Virus record (IMG/VR): IMGVR_UViG_3300021185_003947
Source of the DNA: a virus
Taxonomy: Duplodnaviria > Caudoviricetes
DNA: 64,000 nucleotides
Direction: 5' to 3' (one strand)
Under the pieces are notes generated by a model. That model was not told the origin of the DNA and did no database searches. It saw only the letters and a program-made list of their open reading frames with translations. Position numbers and translations under genes: made by a program. Positions 46,777-57,666 of this stretch are shown here, in pieces; the stretch's first letter is position 1; each line of letters begins with the position of its first letter.

Positions 46777-48168
46777 TTAAAACTGACTAAATCCGCTTGG
46801 TATTGAATAAACATATGTATCACTAGCAGATTGTTTTCCAGCTTCCCAAACACTAGTGTAACTACTTCCAGTACCAGTGGCTAAAATTAATGAATAGCCA
46901 GTTACACCACCAGCAGTAGCATCTACACTAATGCCAGCACCGCCCGCACCTGGATCACCACTGAGTGTACTCCATGTATTATTTTTACCTAACCAGACTT
47001 TTCCAGCATCGGTGTCATATGCAAGTTGTACAACATCACCGATGACAATCGAAGTTAGACCCTGTGCAGTTCCGCCTGGGTATTTATTGCCATTGTAGCC
47101 ATAGTAATAAGCAACATTAGTAGCAGTACCACTATATCCCACAACCGAACTATATTGTTCTGCATAGTATCTTGTTGCAACTCCTATCATAGCCCTGCGA
47201 CCATAGCTAGAAGAAGTTGTTGAAATATATTTGAACTCGATATATCTTTTACCAAGTGGAGCAATATTCGTTCCGCCGTATGGAAGATACAAAGTAGCAG
47301 TTGAACCTCCAGAATTTGTATTGTACCAGGATAGCGTCCCATTTGTAGTTGGTTGAATAGTATTACTACTTTGGCTCTGTTGTGTGTCTACAGTCACATA
47401 AGTAACAAAACTAAGTATTACGTTTGATATTGCTGGTGTTGAAAGAACTCCATCTGAGGCTTTGAACCTAAATGAAAAACTACCTGCATGAGCTTCATCT
47501 GATGACGGTGTTAATGTAATTACACCACTATCTCTAGAACTAGCCGTAATTTGTGGTGGTAGGTTTGATGAATCGTATACTGTTGAGCCACTAAATGCAT
47601 CCCAATCATATGTCACTGGAAATCCACCATCATCTAATGCAACACCAGTTATAGTAGTCGTAGAACCATCTTGTGGCAAAATAATGTCTGCTGAAGGAGT
47701 TGTAGTATATCTGGGACCAAGTTGATTACCGATAGACATTCTTTGCCAAGAAGAATCATCCCACATATATACGGCCTTAGTATCTGTTGCAAATCCCATA
47801 GCCCCAGAAAGATTATTAGAACTGGGAAATGCAGCAAAATTTGCATATGTGGTAACGGCTGCTCCTCCAACATCTTCCTCATCCTGATCTACTCCACCAA
47901 CTACTTTTCTAGTTTTTAATTTTCCACTTGCACTTGCTTGTAATTTAACTTTAGTATTTCCAGTGCCTATTTCAATTGATGGTAGTTCTATTACTCCACC
48001 ACTCCCAGCTGAAATAGAACCAGAATCACCGAGAAATAATGTATTACCACTTAAATGTAAAGATTTCCACTTTTTAGATGATGATCCTAAATCATATGCA
48101 GAATCTGCATCTGGAACTAATGATCCGTGCAGTGTTAAATTAGCTAATGATCTACCTTTAGTTGACAT
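46777..48168 (-). CDS. Virion structural protein with Ig-like and C-terminal SPRY/lectin-like domains
   Basis: PD.D.AYDLGSS.KKW..L.LSG fibre motif; GK.Y.EF, IGVA, GDVV..AYD.D.GK.W.GKN SPRY pattern. Confidence 0.7.
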   Translation of the reverse strand: MSTKGRSLANLTLHGSLVPDADSAYDLGSSSKKWKSLHLSGNTLFLGDSGSISAGSGGVIELPSIEIGTGNTKVKLQASASGKLKTRKVVGGVDQDEEDVGGAAVTTYANFAAFPSSNNLSGAMGFATDTKAVYMWDDSSWQRMSIGNQLGPRYTTTPSADIILPQDGSTTTITGVALDDGGFPVTYDWDAFSGSTVYDSSNLPPQITASSRDSGVITLTPSSDEAHAGSFSFRFKASDGVLSTPAISNVILSFVTYVTVDTQQSQSSNTIQPTTNGTLSWYNTNSGGSTATLYLPYGGTNIAPLGKRYIEFKYISTTSSSYGRRAMIGVATRYYAEQYSSVVGYSGTATNVAYYYGYNGNKYPGGTAQGLTSIVIGDVVQLAYDTDAGKVWLGKNNTWSTLSGDPGAGGAGISVDATAGGVTGYSLILATGTGSSYTSVWEAGKQSASDTYVYSIPSGFSQF

Positions 48169-48201
48169 ACTTTAAATCCTATTTTACTTAGTTAACTCTA
48201 T

Positions 48202-50787
48202 TTATACACTTTTAATACTATAACTATTTTTAACACCAAAGCTTTGAACAGAACTTGTTGCAGTAGAAGATAAATCAGATCTTCCAGTAGTAATTAATTC
48301 AGAACCATTACCATTCCAATCAACACCAAATGCTGCTGCTTCAGATGGAGAGGCAAGAGTTAAAATAGCAGAATCTAATACACTACTATTAAGTATATTA
48401 TGATCAATATCTATTTCACGTATTTTATTTTCACTAGAAAAATTTAAAGTGTTATTTCTTAAATTCAGGGCAGATATACCAACAATTCCTAAAGAGTCTT
48501 CTTCCCACATACTATCAAGAGACATACTAGAAACACCAGCATTAGCATTGAAGCTATACTTGTGTATTTCAAATCCAGTACCTGCGCCGATGTAAAATTT
48601 AGATCGATCGCTATCGATTGCTAAACCACTTGCTCCAATAATATACCCACCAGTTCCTACATTTAATGTTTTAATTTTATTCGTATGTTCTCTTACAGCA
48701 GTTGAGGGATCATTTAATGTTGTCATCTTCCACTGATTAATTGTTCCGCTATCGTCATGAACTAATATTTTGTCGTCAACAATATTAACCCCAAAAATAG
48801 AATTTGAAGAATCCATACTTACATTAGAATCAGATTGTATAAGACTAGATACTAAATTAAATTGATTTAATTGAACTGTATGTAAATACTTATCTCCGGA
48901 TATTATCATTTTATTTGAGTCTATAATATTAATAGTATTAAATGTTCCAAGATCTTGTCCAATTTTAGATGCAGGAGAACCTAAAGAATTTAATTCTATT
49001 TTTAAATCCCATCCTCCAGCACTAATTTCTTTACTTAAAGATGTAATAGGCTGAGTTAATTGTGATATATTAAATAAATTAGAATCAGTTGTTATGTTTA
49101 AATTATATTGATAAATTTGATTTAATTTTTTATTTAATACATAAAATTTATTTCCATCTGGATTAAATCTTATAGACTCTGGCCCGTGAGGTCTTCTAGT
49201 TGCGAATCCATCTGACTGTGATAAATCTACTCCAAAACTAGGACTTGGATCTTCTAAGGATAGACTATTCATTTTAGTGCCTATTTCATGCGTCGCAGAA
49301 TCAAATGCAACTGCAGTACTAACATCCCACGGTGATGTTAGAGTATATTGTCTAAATTTTCCATCCACTGCTGCTATAGCTTCACCAGTATACATTTTGG
49401 TTCCATCATAATTAAAACACATAGATTGAGGCAAACCATAATGTTCAAATGTAGATATATATTTACGCCCAGTTGAGACAAAAGTGCTGCCACGTATACG
49501 TGCACCAGCTCGAGCTCTGCTTGCTATTCCAGAAGAACCCAACACCACTCCATCTTCAACGAATGTATGTGTATAAAATCCTGTTTCAAAAGATTTTGTT
49601 ATAGCATTTGAGTCAACTGATAGTGTATGTATTTGCCCAGAATCGTATAAAGTATATCTTTTGATTGTACCAGCATTAACAGATTTAGGCATACCTCTAC
49701 TACCTTCAAAGGTATTGGTCGTTCCACTAGGCTCAAGAGATATAACTGGTGTTTCTAATGTATAATAATACTTTCCATCAGGACTTACGTAAGTATCTTC
49801 AATATTTTTTAACTCAGTGGTGTTAGTTTTAAAATTGTCTTTTCTAATAGCAGTGTGTATATCCCATGGTGTAAGTAACCAATATTCTGCTATTTGATTT
49901 AATGTTTTGTCTAAAATAAATAATCTATAACCAGTATTATTAAATTTAAATGCCGATGGATTTTCAGCATTCCAGCTATCACTCTTTAAATTTAATGTTT
50001 TTTCTTGTGTATAATCAATTTCTCTTAACGAATATGGATTAGCCATAGGATAAGATAATAGCCTATTTTGATTATCATCCAATAAAAAGATAATTGACCC
50101 AGCAGAACTTCCTGTTGCAATTTGCATATCAACGTATTGATCAGTAGTTCTTGACGCATCTTTAATTTCTAAAAATTGTACATCTGGAACTGTAAATGTA
50201 GAAAGCTCTATTGCCTTATCATGATTAAAACCAGAAACACTTGTTTGTTCCCAATTATAAAAATATTGTATTTCAAGTTTATCTATAAAATTACTTCTTA
50301 ATCCTAATGAATCTGCGGTAAATGCACTATCAAAAAGTGGTAAAAAATTAATTTCTTTAAATCTAGGAGCTGAATCTACTCCAGACACATTAATTACACC
50401 ATTAAATACAATTTGATTTGATAATGAAGTATCACCAAGATTTTTTTTCGGAACTAAATCAAAACTTGGAGAAGTTCCACTAATATCTACTATAGCATTA
50501 GCCGGATCACCTATAATAGTATGAGTCCAAGTAATAGTATTTCCGTCGCTGTCAACACCGATCAAATTTATTCCAGATGACATTGATCTTTTTAAAGCAT
50601 CAAAATTTGAATCGTAACCAAAATTTAAACCATTAGGTCCTACACTACTACTTATATGCTGTGGATTAATTATTCCTACTGAAACCCAGCTATTAGATAA
50701 TTCGCTATATTGATAAATTTGTTTTTCTTTTTTAGAAAAAACTATTCCACCATTTTCCTTTACTTTTGATATATCAACTATACTCAT
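48202..50787 (-). CDS. Large beta-propeller-like virion protein (861 aa)
   Basis: Repeated F..DG.K.Y...I.QY.L..PWD.STA blades. Confidence 0.65.
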   Translation of the reverse strand: MSIVDISKVKENGGIVFSKKEKQIYQYSELSNSWVSVGIINPQHISSSVGPNGLNFGYDSNFDALKRSMSSGINLIGVDSDGNTITWTHTIIGDPANAIVDISGTSPSFDLVPKKNLGDTSLSNQIVFNGVINVSGVDSAPRFKEINFLPLFDSAFTADSLGLRSNFIDKLEIQYFYNWEQTSVSGFNHDKAIELSTFTVPDVQFLEIKDASRTTDQYVDMQIATGSSAGSIIFLLDDNQNRLLSYPMANPYSLREIDYTQEKTLNLKSDSWNAENPSAFKFNNTGYRLFILDKTLNQIAEYWLLTPWDIHTAIRKDNFKTNTTELKNIEDTYVSPDGKYYYTLETPVISLEPSGTTNTFEGSRGMPKSVNAGTIKRYTLYDSGQIHTLSVDSNAITKSFETGFYTHTFVEDGVVLGSSGIASRARAGARIRGSTFVSTGRKYISTFEHYGLPQSMCFNYDGTKMYTGEAIAAVDGKFRQYTLTSPWDVSTAVAFDSATHEIGTKMNSLSLEDPSPSFGVDLSQSDGFATRRPHGPESIRFNPDGNKFYVLNKKLNQIYQYNLNITTDSNLFNISQLTQPITSLSKEISAGGWDLKIELNSLGSPASKIGQDLGTFNTINIIDSNKMIISGDKYLHTVQLNQFNLVSSLIQSDSNVSMDSSNSIFGVNIVDDKILVHDDSGTINQWKMTTLNDPSTAVREHTNKIKTLNVGTGGYIIGASGLAIDSDRSKFYIGAGTGFEIHKYSFNANAGVSSMSLDSMWEEDSLGIVGISALNLRNNTLNFSSENKIREIDIDHNILNSSVLDSAILTLASPSEAAAFGVDWNGNGSELITTGRSDLSSTATSSVQSFGVKNSYSIKSV

Positions 50788-53700
50788 AATAGATCTCCAA
50801 AACTGTCTGCAATACCAAAGAATGCGCCACCTTCTTCATAGGGGTCAAAACCACTAATTCCTTCTGCAGCAAATCCCCCTTGAGATATTTGATCCATAGT
50901 CATAAGTCTTAATACCGATTCGTTTGAACTTACTATGTGAAACTCATTTCTATTATATGCAGTATTGATTATTACTTCTTCGCCCGACATTTTTGTGCCG
51001 AAAGTATCTACATATAATACTGGCATTTCACCTGTATTTTTATTCTTTCCAGTAATAGTTGAAAATGCGTTTATAGGTCTAGAAGCAAATGAATCAGTCG
51101 AGCTAAAATAATCATTAAAATAAAAATTAGTATAATTGGTTGTGCTATCTCGAATGGTTTCGACTATTGGTTCAAAAAGTTGTGAAGTTTGTATCTGCCA
51201 ATCAATTCGTTGTTGATCATCATCTTTATTATACATACCAAGCTTTAATTGTAAACCTGGTATGTATCCAATTTCTCCAGATTCTTTTAGTTCTTCCCAG
51301 CTTGGATAATCGCTATCAGATCTTGTAATATGTAAATAACCGTATGAGTCATCTGGTAAATCTAAACCCAAACCATCTAATGCATTATCGGTTTTAGACA
51401 CTACGCTATCAGCATTAAAATCTATATTATTTTTATTAATAACTCCAACCTTAAACCAGTCTATTGTTGAAACTCCATCACCGAATGGGCTCCAGTCAAT
51501 CCCTCTTACTATATCGCCTGTAATAGTATCTTTTTTTATCTTACTAATAGGATTAAAAATAGTTACGCCTGAACTTGGTATAACACCTGGTATATTTACA
51601 GAAGTATTAAAAGCAAATGTATTACCTGCTGCCGTAATTTGATCAGTGGTAGGTAGATCAAAACTATCCCCAGTAAATTGTATTCCGGTTTGTATTCTAA
51701 AATCTTTTATATTACCTTGATATGTTCTAAATAAATTAGGTTCATTTCCGGCTATCCGGCCAGCTTGAATCGGCCGACCTTTAACTTGATTCCCGGCTCC
51801 AATAAATAATCTAGAATTTTTTATTGGAATGTGTGTAGTCATAAATGGTCCATATGGCGCTCGGCCATTAACACTGTCAAATTGCACGCCGTCTTTCCAT
51901 AATCTTATTTTATCTTGCTCAACCACTATTGCATTATGACACCATTTTGCTCCTGCTCCATATGCCATTGAAGTAGAATCTTGAGCATGAATCGTCAGCA
52001 CTTCGCGCTGATCTACAGTATAATTATAGTTTACATTTTTGGCTACAACTATCTGACCTAACGTATCAAAAGAAAGTAATGGCCCACCTTTAAATTCTCC
52101 TCCACCTTTTGCTTGAATTCCTCCCATTATCTGTAGAGCAGAATCCTTTGAAGCAAGACCGGATAAATCATTATTCCAGTTATTAATATGAAAAGAGGCA
52201 TAACTATCATCTGGAAGTCCAATTTCTGAGCCACTATTAGGAGATCTAATATATGAATAAACTACATATGAGTCAAGTTGCTGATGAAAATTAATTCCTG
52301 AATTCACTACATTCCAACCACCAGCTTTACCACTAGAAATTCTATTATCAGCAATATCATTAAATAAATGAAAATCTTTCATATGGCCTTTAAATGGCGA
52401 CGTTACAAAATTTGAATCATTAATTGAACTAAAATCATTAGTATTCCACCAAGGTTCTAGCTCGGTATGGTCAAATTTTGGCTGATCTACACCATCAAGA
52501 ATCTGATTAGAAATGCCACTTCCCTTAGAAAATATCGGATCTATAACTTTAGCATTTGCATATGGTTTACCAGTATAATAATCTTCTTCATCTTTTACAT
52601 TCTTATAGTTTGAAAACACACATTTTTCAAACACATTTTGAGTACCTGGTTTAAACTTATTATTTATTAAAGCCCACGACCAACTGAAAAGATCAGCACC
52701 AGAAAAATCAAAATGTACTTTATATGCCTTTGCGCCAGTTGAAGCATAACATAATGCTGTTTCACCAGCGGCTTCATTTTTCTTTGTCTGTATAAATTTC
52801 TTAAATGTTAAAAATGCTAATTCTGTATTTTCGTCTTGATTTGGACCAAATATAGGAGAAATTCCATCATAATTATTTCCACTCGCCACATAATTAATAT
52901 GTACAGCCGCAATATCATTAGTATTACCACATATCATAATATTTTTTATGCCAAAGGGTGTAGATAAACTTTCTGTACCTTTAGGTACAGATGTGTCGGG
53001 TACGGTTGTGTTAACGCCAAAAGCCCCACCTGGAGAAGCGGTAATACTATAATTACCCGGTTCTAATAATAAACAATTACCATCCGCTAATCCTGATATA
53101 ACAGAAGTTATATCTCCAGCCGTAGAATGATTTACTATACTTCCACCAGTTCTTAAAATATATGCTCTAGCTTTATTAATTCCATGATCAGTTCCTTTAT
53201 GTGTTGCTACTCTTCCAGCCCAACTAGCTCGAGCATTTTTATATTCATCAGTTTCACCTGTTAAATTAGTAATTGTTCCTGTGCTAATAGCTGGATTATA
53301 TGCTTCTTTATAGTATATTAAGTGATCAGCTAGTGGCCAAGAAAATTTTCCTGTTCCCCATATACTATTTTTTAAATAAAAATCTCTTACATTCGCATTT
53401 GGCGCTACACTATGATCTATGAATGGATTAATATCATTAGGATTTATATTACCAGTAGTAGAATTAAATATTCCATCATTAACAAAAGCTGGAGTACTAG
53501 TAGCTGTTCTTGCCGCGTTAATTAATTTAGCTGGATCATAAACCCAATCCTTTGCTAAAAGTGCAACCTTTGCTTCATATCTTTCTCCTTCAGCTGCAAG
53601 AAAATTTACGTATCCCTTTGGAGCAGGGTTTCCACTTGAACTTTTCCATCCTTTAGAATATACTATTGGAGGATCAAACACTAATGCAGGATCTGGATGA

Positions 53701-55982
53701 TAGCTAGTGCCAATTGCACTTTGAATCGCACTCGTAAGACCATCAACAGGATTTATATGATAACGTGAGGCAAACCATAGATTTCGAAATTGAAATCCTA
53801 ATTCCATAGTGGTATCAGTTCCTGGACTTGAATTAAAGGCTTTACTTCCTACATAAGCTCCATCTTTAAAGGTATGTAACTGTCCAGTTTGTTCATCAAT
53901 TATAAAACTACTTAACGATTCTTCTAGAGATTTAGTAACAGTATCAGTATAAGGAAATAAATATGAATTTGGAGCAGATGTGTTATCTAATATTTCTGCC
54001 CCAAAGTGTCCAGCTGAATTCGGATTTCTTACATTGACTGTATCATCTGCATCATATGGAGTATCTTGATGTACCATATTAGTAGAAGCAATAAACGGTA
54101 TAAACCGCATTATATCTGAAATACCAGTTACGGTTACTCTTTGATCACCTGCACTATTTTTATTATGTATTTCAAAATAAATTATTCTACCAGTTGAATT
54201 TGGGCTAGATGTTGTTCCGCAATCACTTAATAATATTTTATCGTTGCCTCCACCATCACTTTTTAAAATAGAATATCCAAAATTGGTTTTTTCAAATAGC
54301 CTTAAAAATAAATTACCAGCATTATCTGTTCTAAAGGGATCTCGTCCTGGAAGACCAGTGTGTATCTCTAATAGTGCATCAGTTCCAGATGTATATGTCC
54401 TTTTATCTCCTTCATGCTTCACGCCCATATTTGCTTGATTTGTTAAAACTTTAAATTCACTTATTCCAGTATTGTTATTAGCCCATCTTAATAATCCTGA
54501 AGAACTACTAGGTCGGTGGCTAGATATTCTTATATCGTCCCCGCCATTCGGATAATATTTCTTTGAACCCTGTTGACTTGGTAAATTACCAATTTTTTTA
54601 GTCATTAAAGTTACTTCTGCTGGAAATAACTTAACAGAGAATCTTACTTCATGCCATCTATTTCCTCTTTTTCTTTTAGAAGTTCCGGCCGGAACTGGAT
54701 ATCCAGTGTAATCAGAATCTATTTCAATATTATTATTACCTGAAGTAGTTGGTAAAGGTAACTCACATGCTAAAGCCCCGTTTCCAGCAGAAAGATTTAG
54801 TTTAGGTGTACCACCTGAATTAATTACTTTTAACTCTAAAGCCTCAGTATCACCTCCAGCTTTAAATAAGAGTTTATCATAAACAGGTGAACTATCGATC
54901 CAAAAATACCCAGCAAAAGTTGCATCGTTATAAACATCAAAATTGTTAGTAATAATATTACGTTTGCCGGTAAGATAAGAACTATTCATAACATCATTTG
55001 TAGCATATAGCCTATCACTGTCAGGAACCAAATACCCACCACTAAGATAATCATACGTTTTAACTGGATCGCTAACAGAAAGATAACCCATTTTTGGAGC
55101 TGTCATATCTATATCAGTTGTAATTTGCTCCCATTTTAAATTATTTCCAATTCTATATTCATATGGTGCACTATCATGATAAGACCAGTCTAAACCTCTA
55201 ATACGAATACCATTTGTATGTACCATTGCAATATTATCTAAGCCGTCGTCTAGACTCTGATAAGAAAAATTAGAAGTATTATAAGTATGTTTATTATCGC
55301 CTATTGTCGTATTCGGCATTGAATTATCATTTTTTCTATACCAAGCGCCCATTGTGGTATGAGTTGATTTAGATGAACTTAGTGCATCAGATGAGAATAC
55401 AGCATACATCCCAGAGTCTTTTCCATCCGGAGATGCTCTTTCATGAACAACATCTGTTATAGGAGAAATTGAAGGGGTTGTGTATATACCTGAAGGATGT
55501 GATGTGGTGGCATGTAAACTTTTTCCAAATAAATATGAGCTTCCTCCCCAAGAATCACTGTAAGGATTAACTCCTCTATCAATTTGTACTTCACCGCCCG
55601 CTATTTCAATTGAATGGCTTCTATCTGGAATTAAATTTATTGGCTCACCAAGACTTGAATCATTTTCTACAATATCAAAAATAACTGCTGCATGATCAAG
55701 CGTATCTAAAGTAGTAAATTGCCAAAAATCTATACTAAAATTATCAGTAATTTGATCGTAACCAGTAATTGGAACTTTAAACGCGCTATCAATTCTTAAG
55801 TGAGCACCGATTGGATTAACTAGATCATGACCAGAAAAATACATACTCCTACTAGGAAGTATATTTAAATTTAATTTAGTTCTAATAGATCCATCTTCTT
55901 TAACAAAGGCTACTTTACCAATATCAACCGGATCTGATGGAAGCGATAAATCACTTATTAAATTTTTAATATAATTAGCCAA
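50784..55982 (-). CDS. Giant virion protein (1732 aa) with LamG/ConA-like lectin domains
   Basis: FSIDFW, WH...V, W.DGV...S, G.I.DFRI..G LamG-like motifs; TTG start with AAGGA RBS. Confidence 0.65.
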   Translation of the reverse strand: MANYIKNLISDLSLPSDPVDIGKVAFVKEDGSIRTKLNLNILPSRSMYFSGHDLVNPIGAHLRIDSAFKVPITGYDQITDNFSIDFWQFTTLDTLDHAAVIFDIVENDSSLGEPINLIPDRSHSIEIAGGEVQIDRGVNPYSDSWGGSSYLFGKSLHATTSHPSGIYTTPSISPITDVVHERASPDGKDSGMYAVFSSDALSSSKSTHTTMGAWYRKNDNSMPNTTIGDNKHTYNTSNFSYQSLDDGLDNIAMVHTNGIRIRGLDWSYHDSAPYEYRIGNNLKWEQITTDIDMTAPKMGYLSVSDPVKTYDYLSGGYLVPDSDRLYATNDVMNSSYLTGKRNIITNNFDVYNDATFAGYFWIDSSPVYDKLLFKAGGDTEALELKVINSGGTPKLNLSAGNGALACELPLPTTSGNNNIEIDSDYTGYPVPAGTSKRKRGNRWHEVRFSVKLFPAEVTLMTKKIGNLPSQQGSKKYYPNGGDDIRISSHRPSSSSGLLRWANNNTGISEFKVLTNQANMGVKHEGDKRTYTSGTDALLEIHTGLPGRDPFRTDNAGNLFLRLFEKTNFGYSILKSDGGGNDKILLSDCGTTSSPNSTGRIIYFEIHNKNSAGDQRVTVTGISDIMRFIPFIASTNMVHQDTPYDADDTVNVRNPNSAGHFGAEILDNTSAPNSYLFPYTDTVTKSLEESLSSFIIDEQTGQLHTFKDGAYVGSKAFNSSPGTDTTMELGFQFRNLWFASRYHINPVDGLTSAIQSAIGTSYHPDPALVFDPPIVYSKGWKSSSGNPAPKGYVNFLAAEGERYEAKVALLAKDWVYDPAKLINAARTATSTPAFVNDGIFNSTTGNINPNDINPFIDHSVAPNANVRDFYLKNSIWGTGKFSWPLADHLIYYKEAYNPAISTGTITNLTGETDEYKNARASWAGRVATHKGTDHGINKARAYILRTGGSIVNHSTAGDITSVISGLADGNCLLLEPGNYSITASPGGAFGVNTTVPDTSVPKGTESLSTPFGIKNIMICGNTNDIAAVHINYVASGNNYDGISPIFGPNQDENTELAFLTFKKFIQTKKNEAAGETALCYASTGAKAYKVHFDFSGADLFSWSWALINNKFKPGTQNVFEKCVFSNYKNVKDEEDYYTGKPYANAKVIDPIFSKGSGISNQILDGVDQPKFDHTELEPWWNTNDFSSINDSNFVTSPFKGHMKDFHLFNDIADNRISSGKAGGWNVVNSGINFHQQLDSYVVYSYIRSPNSGSEIGLPDDSYASFHINNWNNDLSGLASKDSALQIMGGIQAKGGGEFKGGPLLSFDTLGQIVVAKNVNYNYTVDQREVLTIHAQDSTSMAYGAGAKWCHNAIVVEQDKIRLWKDGVQFDSVNGRAPYGPFMTTHIPIKNSRLFIGAGNQVKGRPIQAGRIAGNEPNLFRTYQGNIKDFRIQTGIQFTGDSFDLPTTDQITAAGNTFAFNTSVNIPGVIPSSGVTIFNPISKIKKDTITGDIVRGIDWSPFGDGVSTIDWFKVGVINKNNIDFNADSVVSKTDNALDGLGLDLPDDSYGYLHITRSDSDYPSWEELKESGEIGYIPGLQLKLGMYNKDDDQQRIDWQIQTSQLFEPIVETIRDSTTNYTNFYFNDYFSSTDSFASRPINAFSTITGKNKNTGEMPVLYVDTFGTKMSGEEVIINTAYNRNEFHIVSSNESVLRLMTMDQISQGGFAAEGISGFDPYEEGGAFFGIADSFGDLL

Positions 55983-56010
55983 CCATACATTCCTTAATAG
56001 TATTTTCTAC

Positions 56011-56018
56011 TATTTATA
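56011..56018 (-). promoter_or_regulatory. Late promoter
   Basis: TATAAATA. Confidence 0.6.
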
Positions 56019-56049
56019 TACTTAAAATGGATAATATATTAAGGTTTAG

Positions 56050-57654
56050 CTATTGAACTAACACTTTCATAAGATCTCCTGATCCAATTCCATAAACACA
56101 AGCAGTCAATCCATCTCCACTTAATCGTACATCTCTTCCCATTTGCGTGTTTGCTGGACCCGTATAAGTGCCTTCTTTAGTCCAAGTTGATCCAGACCTC
56201 CTAAAAAATTCTACTATACCATTTGATGATGCGCCACCACCCTGTTGGCCAAATGCAGCGACATTTCCGTCATTACTTAAATCTGGACGAATTTCCGTTG
56301 TTTGGTTAAGAGTAAGAGTTGCTTGTAAAGAGTTGGTAACCCAATTGTCTGTTGTTACATAAATTTTATTGCCATACGCAAATGTGTTACCATCACCAGA
56401 AATAGCACCGTTTAATCCTGTACCAGAATTATAAATGGCGGCTCTGGTCGTCCAAGTTGATCCACTGCGAGTAGCAATAGTGTGTTCTCCTACCCGCGTA
56501 CCATACTTATATGCACTATGAATTACATTACCGTCAAAACTTATTCCAGAGTTAAAATAAGATACTCCGTTCTCACCGCCCATTTGTGCATTATCAACAA
56601 AACTATGAGGTCCAAATTTTGCCTCATATGCCCAATTGGTACCAGTTCTTTTATAAACTATAATTGCTCCTGCTCTGTTTCCAAAAGTACTACTTTGGTG
56701 ATCTACTACCATAACTGTTGAACCATCACCAGAAATGGCGGCTCTCATTGCATAATTAGTATATGATGTAATACTTGCATTAAATTGTTGAGACCATGAA
56801 GAACCATCGTAATACCATATTTCAAGATATTGATTATTCTCATGCATAGCAGCAACATATAATCCATTTGCGCTCATATCTGCATGTCTCACACCATATT
56901 GAGTAGATGAAACTGTGTGTGCTAATGAGTGATTTGTCCCAGAATTTGCACGTTCATGTATCCTAAAGTCATAAGCAGTAGGAATTCCTCCAATACAAAA
57001 GCTATTACCATTAGTACTAAGAGAAAAAGTGGTACTGGCACTGACCCCAGCTGTCGTTTCGAAAGCGGTAGTTGGTGTTGCCCAAGACGCAAATGCTAAT
57101 GTAAATCCACTTACATAACTTACTGATCCATTAACTCCATCAGTCACACTAAATGTTAAACTAAAAGTTCCAGCATGAGCTTCAGTTGTTGAAGGTGTAA
57201 TAGTAAATACGTTATCAGCTTGAGATACTGTTGCTGTAGAACCAAGCGATCCTGTTGTAACTGCATAGGACCATGTAAGCGGGAATCCTTCTGGGTCGGT
57301 AGAAACTGCAGTAATTGTGGTAGCAGTGCCATCAGATGCTAAATCATATGTTGCGTCAACTCCTGAAATTGCGGATGGAGATGAATTTGTAATAGTAGCA
57401 ATTAAATACCAACCAACACCATCAAAAATATATAATTTATCAGTATTAGTTACGAGAACAATATCACCGCTATTCATTCCTGTTAAAGCTGATAACTCGC
57501 TAAATGCAGTGACAGTTCTCATTCCGCCAGCGCCTTCTGCCAGAGAATCAGCTGTTATTTTTCTATTTTCTGCAGTTAATGATTCATCAGCTATTGGTGC
57601 TAAAGCGCCAGTTTTACCAAATGCCTTTGAAATGAGAGCTGCTTTCGATACCAT
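56050..57654 (-). CDS. Virion structural protein with Ig-like and FG-GAP-type propeller domains
   Basis: DPEG..LTWSY module shared with the 463-aa protein; AISGDG..., VY.R.G..W repeats. Confidence 0.7.
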   Translation of the reverse strand: MVSKAALISKAFGKTGALAPIADESLTAENRKITADSLAEGAGGMRTVTAFSELSALTGMNSGDIVLVTNTDKLYIFDGVGWYLIATITNSSPSAISGVDATYDLASDGTATTITAVSTDPEGFPLTWSYAVTTGSLGSTATVSQADNVFTITPSTTEAHAGTFSLTFSVTDGVNGSVSYVSGFTLAFASWATPTTAFETTAGVSASTTFSLSTNGNSFCIGGIPTAYDFRIHERANSGTNHSLAHTVSSTQYGVRHADMSANGLYVAAMHENNQYLEIWYYDGSSWSQQFNASITSYTNYAMRAAISGDGSTVMVVDHQSSTFGNRAGAIIVYKRTGTNWAYEAKFGPHSFVDNAQMGGENGVSYFNSGISFDGNVIHSAYKYGTRVGEHTIATRSGSTWTTRAAIYNSGTGLNGAISGDGNTFAYGNKIYVTTDNWVTNSLQATLTLNQTTEIRPDLSNDGNVAAFGQQGGGASSNGIVEFFRRSGSTWTKEGTYTGPANTQMGRDVRLSGDGLTACVYGIGSGDLMKVLVQ

Positions 57655-57666
57655 TACTTTCGTCCT